A stretch of DNA of 25,051 nucleotides from a bacterium (GTDB lineage: Bacteria > Zhuqueibacterota > Zhuqueibacteria > Oceanimicrobiales > Oceanimicrobiaceae): positions 1-25,051 of the forward strand of contig JBHHYI010000051.1 of assembly GCA_046757525.1 (NCBI GenBank), in the 5' to 3' direction. Made by a program: the position numbers and the translations under genes. Below the pieces are notes generated by a model that was not told the DNA's origin, made no database searches, and saw only the letters and a list, made by a program, of their open reading frames with translations. Positions 7,581 to 16,624 of this stretch are shown here, piece by piece. Numbering within the stretch: position 1 is the first letter of the stretch; every line of letters starts with the position of its first letter.

Positions 7581-8384
7581 ATGCTAAAAGTCGGCTTCTA
7601 CCAGTTCCGTCCGCTTTTTGGGCGGGTCGAGAAAAACCTGGCCAAAGTGCTCAAGGCTCTCGGTCCAGCGGAGGCAGATTTAATCGTTCTGCCAGAGTTG
7701 GCCTTTACCGGCTATTATTTCAAAGCGCGTTCTGAGGCCAAGGCGCTTGCTGAAGATCCGGAACGCTCTAAGACCGTAGAAAACCTGGTCGCTCTTTGCA
7801 AAGATCGGGACTTTTATTTGGTCACCGGATTTGCCGAAAGGAAACAGGACAAGGTCTTCAACAGCGCTCTCTTAATCGGTCCCGGCGGTGTGGTGCACAC
7901 TTACCGCAAGCTGCATTTGTTCAACGAAGAAAAAAACTGGTTCGATCCGGGCGACACGCCGCTGGAGGTGCAGCCCGTGCGGGGGGCAAGAATCGGCATG
8001 ATGATTTGCTTTGATTGGATCTTCCCGGAAGTGACTCGTACGCTCACCATCCAGGGGGCGGACATCATTTGCCATCCTTCCAATCTGGTGCTGAGCTATT
8101 GCCAGCAAACCATGTTGTCCCGCTGTCTGGAAAACAACGTCTTTGCCGTTACCGCCAACCGTTTCGGTGCCGACAGGCGGCCGCACGGGGAATTGCGCTT
8201 TACCGGCAAGAGTCAAATTGTGGCGCCGAAAGGGGAGTTGCTGCACCGGGCAGCTTCCCAACGCGAGGAGCTTTTTGTCGCTGAAGTCGACCTGAGTTTG
8301 GCACGAGACAAAAATATAACGCCGCTCAATCAGATTATCGCTGATCGCCGCCCGGAATTCTACGCCCCACTTGCCCGGGTTTGA
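7581..8384 (+). CDS. Nitrilase-family carbon-nitrogen hydrolase (amidase)
   Basis: Glu-Lys-Cys triad: VLPELAFTGY, YRKLHLF and MICFDW; also ANRFG and FTGKSQIV.P.G. Confidence 0.95.
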   Translation: MLKVGFYQFRPLFGRVEKNLAKVLKALGPAEADLIVLPELAFTGYYFKARSEAKALAEDPERSKTVENLVALCKDRDFYLVTGFAERKQDKVFNSALLIGPGGVVHTYRKLHLFNEEKNWFDPGDTPLEVQPVRGARIGMMICFDWIFPEVTRTLTIQGADIICHPSNLVLSYCQQTMLSRCLENNVFAVTANRFGADRRPHGELRFTGKSQIVAPKGELLHRAASQREELFVAEVDLSLARDKNITPLNQIIADRRPEFYAPLARV

Positions 8385-8659
8385 GTGTATCCGAACCCTC
8401 CCTAATTGATTGCTTTGCGCATGACCTTACAAAGGATTCACGAAATCACACCGCTTCAGACCGCACCGCTTGTCTTTCCTGGACTTAAAGGATGTTGTTG
8501 GAATAAAATCTTCCGCTAAGGTCAAAGAAGGCAGGTATTCTTACGATAGGGAGATTTTGTCCAAACCTAAAATCGTTCTACAGCTAACTGAGTTTTCCAG
8601 CACCACTGCGACCGCTTGCACAGGGGTAAGCGGTCTGTTACGACACTTGCGAGGGGATC

Positions 8660-11600
8660 GTGGAAGCACAGTCGGTGAAAAAATCTTTAGTCGCCGCAGT
8701 TTTGTCTTTTCAGCTTTTTCTCATTCCTCCTGTTCTGGCCCGTGGGCAACAGCAGCCTCTCTCCGGGGGCAGCCAATTCAAGATTTTTTCTTACCAGGAT
8801 AGCACGGGCCAGACCATCGGCGCCAGGGTTCCGGCCAACGTCCTCGTCAACCAAATCGCCAACAACGGCCGGGTTGTCGCGACTGCGGAACTGGACATGA
8901 GTGAAGTGCTGCGGGTAATCGTGGCGCTAAAAGGTGCGCCGGTGCTCAAAGCCAAAACATCGGGTCCCGATGCAAGCTCAGCCACAATCGACATCGAATC
9001 GCAACAAAGGCGCTTGCGGGCAGACGTCGAAAGCCTGGAGAGTCGACTTCTACAACACCCCTCTGGCGAATTCCCTGTCCGCAAAAGTCGCTTCGGACGC
9101 GCCTTCAGGGAAGTCTTCAACGGGGTAGCGCTCGAGTCCAGCAGGAAAGTCGTCGAGGCCGTGAAAAGGCTGCCCTACGTTAAGCGGGTGTACCGCGATG
9201 TGGAGGTGCAGGTTTTGCTGAGCGAGAGCGTGCCTTTGATTCGTGCGGACGCGGTGTGGAGTCAATTTGGCGTCAAAGGCGACGGCATGCTCATCGGGGT
9301 CATCGATACCGGCGTCGACTACCACCATCCCGCTTTGGGTGGAGGCTTTGGTCCGGCGTACAAGGTTGTCGGCGGCTATGACTTCGTCAACGACGACGCC
9401 GACCCGATGGACGACAACGGTCACGGAACGCTGGTGTCCGGCATTCTGGCCGCCGATGGCGATTCGCTGCAAGGCGTGGCCCCGCACGCCCGCTTGCTGG
9501 CGTTCAAGGTAGCCGACGCCAACGGGGCCGGCATCATGTCCGATATCATCGCGGCCATTGAAATGGCGCTGGACCCGGACGGCGACCCGAATACGGACGA
9601 TGGGGTCGACGTGATCAACATCAGCCTGGGTAGTGCTGGTCACGCCGATGATCCGGCCTCGCAAGCCGTGGACAATGCTGTCGATGCCGGGGTCGTTTGC
9701 GTGGTCGCGGCCGGCAACGACGGCGGCCATTTCGCCATTCGTTCGCCGGGAACGGCCAGAAAGGCGATCACGGTGGGCGCAAGCAACAAGAGCGACGAGA
9801 TGGCCGGTTTTAGTTCAAACGGTCCCAACCCGATGTCATTTGAAATCAAACCCGAAGTGGTTGCGCCCGGCGTGGCCATCAACACCACCAAATTGAATGG
9901 CGGCTTGAGCCTGGTCTCCGGCACCTCAATGGCCGCGCCGCACGTGGCTGGCGCAGCGGCTTTGCTGTTGCAGCTTCACCCGGAATGGTCTCCGGAAACG
10001 GTCAAGTCTGTGCTCATGGAAAGCTCTAAAAATCTCAGCACCGACCTTTTTGCGCAGGGCAGTGGCAGAATCGACCTGCTTCGGGCTGCGACCCTGCAGA
10101 GTGTGGTGGTGCCAGCCTCTGTGAGTTTTGGCCTGGCTGACAGCCGGCAGGACACCTGGAGTAAAACCGCGGTCTTAAAGATCCAAAACCTCGGCCAGGT
10201 GCAAAAAAGCTATGCTTTTTCAATAAGCAGGAACCTGCCTGCCGGAGTCAGTGTGCTAATCACCCCGGAAGTGTTGACTTTAGCGCCAGGGGAATCTCAG
10301 TTACTCAGTTTGGCACTGAATGTGGACAACAGCACAGTCCCCATGGTGGGGGACGCGCCGTACGCTTATTCTGGAGCCATCCTGGCAGCGTCCGCGGCTG
10401 ACACGCTCAAGGTGCCTTTCGCCTTCATCAAGAGTCCACAACTGAACATCACTTTTGATGAAGGCCCCTGGTGGGTGGTCATTCACAACCGCAGGGGCGA
10501 GGTGCGGGATTACATTTGGCCAGGGCTGTTTCTCTCCGATTTGTTTCCTGCTGACACGTATGACATTCTGGTCTATTTTGAAGATGGCACCACGCAAGTG
10601 GTAAAGGAAGGCCTGTCTCTGGACAATCTCCACGCCCTTACCATCAGCAAAAGCGAAGCGGTCTACGACCTGACCATTGTCCCAATCGATGAAGAGGGGA
10701 ACACCATTCCGGTCGACGACGGCATCCATTTGCTGAGATACAAGAATTCAGGACTTGAAAACCGGCTCAATGGTCCCTTGTTGAAGCGCCGGGTTTCTCC
10801 AATCAGCTCAGCCTATTCGCTGGAGTGGTCGGTGGCCGCCAAAGTGCCGCCCGACAAAGTCTACCAGTTTAATGGGCATGCCGATGGCATTTCAAGAAGC
10901 CTCGTGTTTCAGAACGAGCCGAGTGATTTGACGCATGTGACTTACCAGTACGCTTCTGAGCCTGGCACAGACCAGCTTTTTGTTCTGCACTGGATCAGTC
11001 GCGGACCTGAAGGAAAAATGTCTCTGACCTCCTGGGATGTCAACGACCCACCCCTGGTGCAGCCTTTTCTGGGAGAAGGCTACTACATGAGTCTGCCGTT
11101 TTCCGAGTTTTCTTTAGGTTACAATTTCAAGACCGTGTACAAATACACCGGTCCGCCTTTTGACGCTTTCGCTGCCAGCACTTACAAGATGTTTGAAACG
11201 CCGCGTTTGAAAGTGGAACAAGATTCAGCCGAAGGGTATTTGTTGGGTGCGACGAGGACACCGGTGTTCCGCGCGCAAAAACAATTGAACGTTGGCTTAA
11301 ATCCGCCACATTGGTTTGGCAAGTTCGCAAATGCTGCGAACGAAATCGAATTAAAGCCCGCATTGGGGACCCGCCTCTGGTTTTTCCTGACGCAAATGAG
11401 CGATTTGCCGTTGCAAGACCACTACACTTATGAACTTTTTCAAAACGAGAAGTTGGTCGCTGCCAACATCATCTCAAATGTGGGACAAAGTGACGCCACA
11501 TTTAGCCTGGCCGTAACCCCGGGGGTGTACACCATTGAGTTTCCTTATGATCGCTATTATGTAGGGTCAACGCAAGGCCACGCCCTGGTTGCTGCCACTT

Positions 11601-12850
11601 TCAACACGTTGGCCACCGACAAGAATCCGCCTTATTTGACTTCTTTTAATCTGCTTTCTAATGACCAGGTGACCAACCTGTTCGACCCGGGTGCGACGGT
11701 TAAAGTCGTATTCAGCGTGCAAGATGATCACGGATTGAACAAAGTTGAAGTCTACTATCGAACAGCAGAGGCGCAAGCCTGGCGATCCCTGATTGCGACA
11801 AAAAGCGACAGTCTGTACACGGCTCAAATTCCGGAGCAGCTTGACTCCGAATTCATTTCCCTCAAACTATCCGCCCAGGACTTTGACGGCAACAGGCTCG
11901 ATTACACCCTGGAGCCTGCCTGTGAGATCGTGCAACAGCCCGCCCCTTTTTTGCTGTTGCAGCCGGCCAATTTCGATACGGTTGCCAGTCCAACACCGCG
12001 ATTCGAGTGGCAAGACTTGCGAGACCCGCAAGAGGGTACAGTGGCTTATTCCCTTGATTTCGGCACCGACAGCACGCTTGCGGACGATTCCTTGACCAAC
12101 CACGTGGCGCAACTGCCGCAAACTTCCTTCGTCGTGCCGGATTCGCTCCTCGACAACACGATGTATTACTGGGCCGTCGCGGCCGTTGATTCAGCAGGCA
12201 CACAAATCTGGCGCTCGCCGGAAACCTGGCACTTCTGGGTCAACTACGTCAACGATGCGCCGGTCATGAAACCATTGCCAGACACCAGTTTTGCCAACAA
12301 TGCCACCCTCGTGTTAGACCTGAATGCTTTTGCTTTTGATCCTGACAACAGCCCTTCAGATTTGCGCTGGAACGCTTTTGACCAGGAGCCCAACATCGTT
12401 TCGATCAATGACAGCACCAACGTTGCCACCTTTTCTGCCCCCAATTTCATCGGCCTCGTCGAGGTCATTCTCACGGTAGAAGATCCGCAGGGCCTGAGCG
12501 ACTCCGACACCCTGGCGGTTTCGGTGCTCCAGCCAACCGGCGTGGCCGACGATGGGAATGCCCCGGTGCCGACAGAGTTTCGTCTGCACCCAAATTACCC
12601 CAATCCATTTAACCCCCTCACGACCATAAGATATGACCTTCCCGCGGACACCTATGTCTCAGTTACCGTTTACAATGTTCTGGGAAAAGCGATTCGTCGA
12701 CTAACAGACCAGAAAAAACCAGCCGGCAGGCACGCCACGGTCTGGGACGGGACAGACGATTCTGAACGACCCGTGGCCTCAGGTGTCTACATCGTAACCC
12801 TGCAGGCGGGTAATTTTGCCCAATCGCGAAAAATTCTCTTGCTCAGGTGA
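8660..12850 (+). CDS. Secreted S8 (subtilisin-like) serine protease with I9-type propeptide, Ig/Fn3-like domains and a C-terminal FlgD-Ig/T9SS-like sorting domain
   Basis: Signal peptide (start GTG at 8660 or 8675). Triad VIDTG, GHGTLVSG and SGTSMAAPHVAG, plus oxyanion AAGN. The C-terminus is LHPNYPNPFNPLTTIRYDLP...WDGTD...VASGVY...RKILLLR. Confidence 0.95.
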   Translation: MEAQSVKKSLVAAVLSFQLFLIPPVLARGQQQPLSGGSQFKIFSYQDSTGQTIGARVPANVLVNQIANNGRVVATAELDMSEVLRVIVALKGAPVLKAKTSGPDASSATIDIESQQRRLRADVESLESRLLQHPSGEFPVRKSRFGRAFREVFNGVALESSRKVVEAVKRLPYVKRVYRDVEVQVLLSESVPLIRADAVWSQFGVKGDGMLIGVIDTGVDYHHPALGGGFGPAYKVVGGYDFVNDDADPMDDNGHGTLVSGILAADGDSLQGVAPHARLLAFKVADANGAGIMSDIIAAIEMALDPDGDPNTDDGVDVINISLGSAGHADDPASQAVDNAVDAGVVCVVAAGNDGGHFAIRSPGTARKAITVGASNKSDEMAGFSSNGPNPMSFEIKPEVVAPGVAINTTKLNGGLSLVSGTSMAAPHVAGAAALLLQLHPEWSPETVKSVLMESSKNLSTDLFAQGSGRIDLLRAATLQSVVVPASVSFGLADSRQDTWSKTAVLKIQNLGQVQKSYAFSISRNLPAGVSVLITPEVLTLAPGESQLLSLALNVDNSTVPMVGDAPYAYSGAILAASAADTLKVPFAFIKSPQLNITFDEGPWWVVIHNRRGEVRDYIWPGLFLSDLFPADTYDILVYFEDGTTQVVKEGLSLDNLHALTISKSEAVYDLTIVPIDEEGNTIPVDDGIHLLRYKNSGLENRLNGPLLKRRVSPISSAYSLEWSVAAKVPPDKVYQFNGHADGISRSLVFQNEPSDLTHVTYQYASEPGTDQLFVLHWISRGPEGKMSLTSWDVNDPPLVQPFLGEGYYMSLPFSEFSLGYNFKTVYKYTGPPFDAFAASTYKMFETPRLKVEQDSAEGYLLGATRTPVFRAQKQLNVGLNPPHWFGKFANAANEIELKPALGTRLWFFLTQMSDLPLQDHYTYELFQNEKLVAANIISNVGQSDATFSLAVTPGVYTIEFPYDRYYVGSTQGHALVAATFNTLATDKNPPYLTSFNLLSNDQVTNLFDPGATVKVVFSVQDDHGLNKVEVYYRTAEAQAWRSLIATKSDSLYTAQIPEQLDSEFISLKLSAQDFDGNRLDYTLEPACEIVQQPAPFLLLQPANFDTVASPTPRFEWQDLRDPQEGTVAYSLDFGTDSTLADDSLTNHVAQLPQTSFVVPDSLLDNTMYYWAVAAVDSAGTQIWRSPETWHFWVNYVNDAPVMKPLPDTSFANNATLVLDLNAFAFDPDNSPSDLRWNAFDQEPNIVSINDSTNVATFSAPNFIGLVEVILTVEDPQGLSDSDTLAVSVLQPTGVADDGNAPVPTEFRLHPNYPNPFNPLTTIRYDLPADTYVSVTVYNVLGKAIRRLTDQKKPAGRHATVWDGTDDSERPVASGVYIVTLQAGNFAQSRKILLLR

Positions 12851-12984
12851 GCTCGAAGTTCCATTTGATTTTTTCTTCGATAAGTTGTATTTTTTGCCAA
12901 CATTCTAAACCTCGGCGTTTTTCGCAACAATAAGAGTGTTTATTGCGTAAGAAGCGAATAATTGGCTCCTAACAGAGGAACTCG

Positions 12985-15423
12985 ATGACACTTTCAAAGC
13001 CTTTCGTGATTTCGGTTGTCCTGGGCATTTTGGGCGCAGGCGTTTTCTTTTCCCTGTTTGAAAAATATTCTCCTCAAGCTTCTCTGGATTTGCAGTTAAG
13101 TAGACCTCAAGTCATTGAACACGCGCGGGGGGTTCTTGGGCAAATGGGTTATGACGCCAGCCGCTTAAGTGCTGACGCCAATTTCCAATTTGATTCCGGA
13201 ATTGCCTTGTATTTGGAAGAAGAGCTGGGCATGGTGCAGGCACACCGTGTGCTCAGGGCAGACTCCCTGTCTACCCACAACTGGTACGTTTATTTTTACG
13301 ATCGCTCGCTGCCGCCGAGTCAAATGGCAGACCAGTACGATGTCTGGCTTTCGCCCACCGGCCACGTGCTCGGGTTTCAGCATCGGTTGCCCGACTCGGT
13401 TGCGATCCATTCCATCGATAAGGACTCGGCCCAGGCCCTTGCAAAGTCGTTTCTGCAAGACCAGGGGATCGACGTCCAAAGGTATTCCATCGAAAACTCC
13501 ACGGCCTATCAACGGAGTCACCGCACAGATTATTTCTTCCGCTGGACCAGCCAGGACTCTGTCTTCGGCATGGCGGCAACGACGTGGGTGAAGGTGCAAG
13601 GCAACAAGATCGGCGGTTTTCATGACAGTCTCAAAGAACCGGAAGCGTTTCGCCAGGCTGGCAGCAAAATCCAAACTTTCGTTACGTTCATCGTTACTGC
13701 TTCCTCGATTGCAACATTTGTCCTGGTGATCTTTGTCATCGCACTCTTTCTGAAGAAGTACCACGAGGGGGAGGTTGGTATCAGCACCGCCATCGGCATC
13801 TTCGCTTTCTTATTCGGGCTGATTTTGGTTGAACAGCTTTTGCGGTTTACAACTATCGGCTTTGGGACAACGATTGGTGATGTGAATCGATTCAACGTGC
13901 GCATCATCGTTTTTGTCATAACGGTGTTCATCGTGCAGGCGTTTTTGGCGGCCATGGTGTTTGCGGCCTGGAGCGTTGGCGAGTCCTCAGCACGGCGAGG
14001 CTGGAACCAGGTGCTGCGGGCGATCGACGGGTTGCACCAGGGTAAACCGTTTACCCTGGAATTCGCTAATGCCGTTGTGCGTGGGTACTCTTTCGGCTTT
14101 GTAATTTTGGGAATTGTTTACGGTGCCACCGCCCTGATTTCTAAGATGACAAATTTCGGCGTTTTTACCTTACCGGCCCTCAGCGGCATTCCGGAATCGT
14201 TCTTCCCTTCCCTCAGTGCTACATTTCTGGGGCTTCGCATTGCGGTGCTCAATGAAATCGTCTTTCACCTGTTTTTCATTTCCTGGCTGCGGGAAAGGAC
14301 GAAAAAGCTCTGGCCTGGCATCGTAATCTCGTCGCTGCTCTGGTCTCTGGTGGCGTTTACGCTTTGGGATTTTCCCCTGGGCTACATTTCGTTTAAGTGG
14401 CTGTTTCCTGCCTACTTTCTGCTCAGCGTCTTTCTGGGCTTGATTTTGGTTAAGTGTGATTTGTTAACCGCTATTTTCACCAACTTCGTAGTGTTGGCCT
14501 TGAGCTACGCGGTGCCCATGCTGGTTTCCTCGTCATCCTTTTTTGAGACTCAGACGGTGTTATTCTATTCTTTCATGAGCATTCCACTGGTCATGGCTGC
14601 CATTGGATTCTACAAGAAGCAGAAGTTCGAGTTTTCCCTGGAATTGACGCCGGCGCACATCCGGCGCATCACCGAACGGGAGCGCATGTCCAAAGAGCTC
14701 GAAATCGCTCGCACGGTGCAAATGAGCTTGTTGCCCAAAGAAAACCCGCTCGTGGAGGGCTACGACGTCGCGGGAATCTGCATTCCGGCCTTAGAAGTGG
14801 GGGGCGACTACTACGACTTCTTTCAACTTAGTAGCGGTAAGTTTGGCATCGCCATTGGTGACGTTTCCGGCAAAGGTGTGCCTGCTGCGATTTACATGAC
14901 CCTGACCAAAGGCATCCTGCAGTCCTATGCCGGCGAGGCGGACTCACCCAAAGAAGTCTTGAACAAGTTGAACAAGCAGATGTACAAAAATATCGAGAAG
15001 AATTCCTTTGTGAGCATGTTCTATGCAGTCATCGACATGCGGCGGCACACTATTCGATTTGCTCGAGCCGGACACAATCCGGCCATTCTTGCCCAGCGCG
15101 GTAACGATGTGAATCGATTCCTGGAACCCAAAGGCATGGCGGTAGGCCTGGAAGCCGGGGAAAAATTCCACGCATTTCTCGAAGAGAGGGATTTGCAGTT
15201 GCAGAGCGGCGACGTTCTCACCTTTTACACCGATGGCTTCACCGAGGCCAACCGGGGGAACGGCGACGAGTACGGAGAGGAGCGGCTGTTGCAAGTCATT
15301 TCCTGCAACAAAAATCTTTCTGCCAGTGAGATCATTGAACGCGTGGTCAAATCAGTGAAAGAGTTTGTCGGTGGCGAGTCGCAGCACGACGATATGACCA
15401 TGGTGGTGGTGAAAGTCTTGTAG
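12985..15423 (+). CDS. Polytopic membrane PP2C/SpoIIE (RsbU-like) Ser/Thr phosphatase with an extracytoplasmic domain and a degenerate CPBP-like membrane region
   Basis: C-terminal ELEIARTVQMSLLP, VGGDYYD, IGDVSGKG, RAGHNP, FYTDG and QHDDMT. One N-terminal TM, a ~200-aa soluble loop, then many hydrophobic helices. GAGGA RBS upstream. Confidence 0.92.
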   Translation: MTLSKPFVISVVLGILGAGVFFSLFEKYSPQASLDLQLSRPQVIEHARGVLGQMGYDASRLSADANFQFDSGIALYLEEELGMVQAHRVLRADSLSTHNWYVYFYDRSLPPSQMADQYDVWLSPTGHVLGFQHRLPDSVAIHSIDKDSAQALAKSFLQDQGIDVQRYSIENSTAYQRSHRTDYFFRWTSQDSVFGMAATTWVKVQGNKIGGFHDSLKEPEAFRQAGSKIQTFVTFIVTASSIATFVLVIFVIALFLKKYHEGEVGISTAIGIFAFLFGLILVEQLLRFTTIGFGTTIGDVNRFNVRIIVFVITVFIVQAFLAAMVFAAWSVGESSARRGWNQVLRAIDGLHQGKPFTLEFANAVVRGYSFGFVILGIVYGATALISKMTNFGVFTLPALSGIPESFFPSLSATFLGLRIAVLNEIVFHLFFISWLRERTKKLWPGIVISSLLWSLVAFTLWDFPLGYISFKWLFPAYFLLSVFLGLILVKCDLLTAIFTNFVVLALSYAVPMLVSSSSFFETQTVLFYSFMSIPLVMAAIGFYKKQKFEFSLELTPAHIRRITERERMSKELEIARTVQMSLLPKENPLVEGYDVAGICIPALEVGGDYYDFFQLSSGKFGIAIGDVSGKGVPAAIYMTLTKGILQSYAGEADSPKEVLNKLNKQMYKNIEKNSFVSMFYAVIDMRRHTIRFARAGHNPAILAQRGNDVNRFLEPKGMAVGLEAGEKFHAFLEERDLQLQSGDVLTFYTDGFTEANRGNGDEYGEERLLQVISCNKNLSASEIIERVVKSVKEFVGGESQHDDMTMVVVKVL

Positions 15424-15424
15424 G

Positions 15425-16612
15425 CTACATGAATTCAACGACTTTTTTTAGGAGCCAGGTCATTTTTCTCACCTCTTCCTCGGTGTTGTAAATATAAAAT
15501 GATGCCCTGGCGCTGGGACCAATCCCAAGCTTCTCGTGCAGCGGCTGTGCGCAATGAAAGCCGGAACGAATCATGATATTTTCACGCAGGTTGAGCACTT
15601 TTGCCAAAGCGTGAGCTGCCAAATTTTTTGTCCCAAAGGAAATAAGGCCGATTCTGCTTTCCACATCCTCCGTTCCGTACACCTGCAAGTTTTTGATTCT
15701 CGACAGATCTGCAAGGGCCAGTTTTACCAGTCTCTTTTCGTGCGCTAAAATGTTTTCCAGGCCGATCTTTTCAAGATAGTCGATGGCCGCGGCCAGGGCC
15801 ACGGCGCCTGCTACGTTCGGTGTCCCGGCTTCGAACGCCTGCGGCGGGTTTTCCCAAAGGTAGTGGTCAACGTGCACTTCCGTGACAGACCCGCCTCCAA
15901 GCATGAAGGGCTGCAACATGGGATAGACGTCACGCTTCACAAAAAGGACGCCAATGCTGAAGGGCGCCAACATTTTGTGTCCGCTGAAGGTCAAAAAATC
16001 GCAGTCAAGTTGTTTGACGTCGATTTTCATATTGGGTACAGATTGGGAAGCGTCGACCAAAGTGAGGACGCGGTTTTCTTTCGCCACTGCGAGAATCTGT
16101 TCTAACGGATTTACGGTGCCCAACACATTGGAGACATGGGAAACCGTCAGCAATTGGACGGATTGTTTGGATTTTAGCGCCAGGTCGCTCAGGCAAACCG
16201 TGCCATCGGGGTCGCTTTCGAAGTAGATGAGCTCCCTGGAATGTTGCCACGGCAGGATATTTGAATGGTGTTCAAACAGGCTGAGCAAGATTTTCCCAGA
16301 AATTGGCAGCGATCTCGCCACCAGATTAATGGCTTCGGTTGCATTGCGTACAAAGACGATTTCATCTTCATCGGCATTGAGGAACCGCGCCACCCTCCTC
16401 CGGGCTTTTTCGTAAATTTCAGACGCTTCCAGTGACAGTGTGTGAGTGCCCCGGTGTATGTTTGAACAGTGATTCTGATAAAAACTGACGAGGGTTTCGA
16501 GGACGGGGGTGGGCTTCTGAGTTGTGGCAGCGTTGTCTAAGTAAATGATCGGCTTATCATTTATCTTGCGTTGCAAAAAAGGAAAATCATTTCTAATTTT
16601 AGCGACATCCAT
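15425..16612 (-). CDS. SufS/CsdA-type (group II) cysteine desulfurase
   Basis: IRNDFPFL, YLDNAATTQKP, SNIHRG, EHHSN, PLP-lysine FSGHKM, FEAGTPN and catalytic-Cys motif RSGFHCAQPL. Confidence 0.92.
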   Translation of the reverse strand: MDVAKIRNDFPFLQRKINDKPIIYLDNAATTQKPTPVLETLVSFYQNHCSNIHRGTHTLSLEASEIYEKARRRVARFLNADEDEIVFVRNATEAINLVARSLPISGKILLSLFEHHSNILPWQHSRELIYFESDPDGTVCLSDLALKSKQSVQLLTVSHVSNVLGTVNPLEQILAVAKENRVLTLVDASQSVPNMKIDVKQLDCDFLTFSGHKMLAPFSIGVLFVKRDVYPMLQPFMLGGGSVTEVHVDHYLWENPPQAFEAGTPNVAGAVALAAAIDYLEKIGLENILAHEKRLVKLALADLSRIKNLQVYGTEDVESRIGLISFGTKNLAAHALAKVLNLRENIMIRSGFHCAQPLHEKLGIGPSARASFYIYNTEEEVRKMTWLLKKVVEFM

Positions 16613-16624
16613 TAAGCTATGGCA

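Noticed and set aside
8385..8659. Possible riboswitch (e.g. c-di-GMP-I) upstream of the S8 protease; hairpin GACCGCTT/AAGCGGTC near 8610-8636
   Set aside because: The conserved GGCAAAC...GAAA...GACGCAAA core is absent; a single hairpin is insufficient evidence.
8470..8802. 110-aa ORF overlapping the protease start
   Set aside because: No recognisable motif or RBS, and it overlaps the protease signal peptide out of frame.
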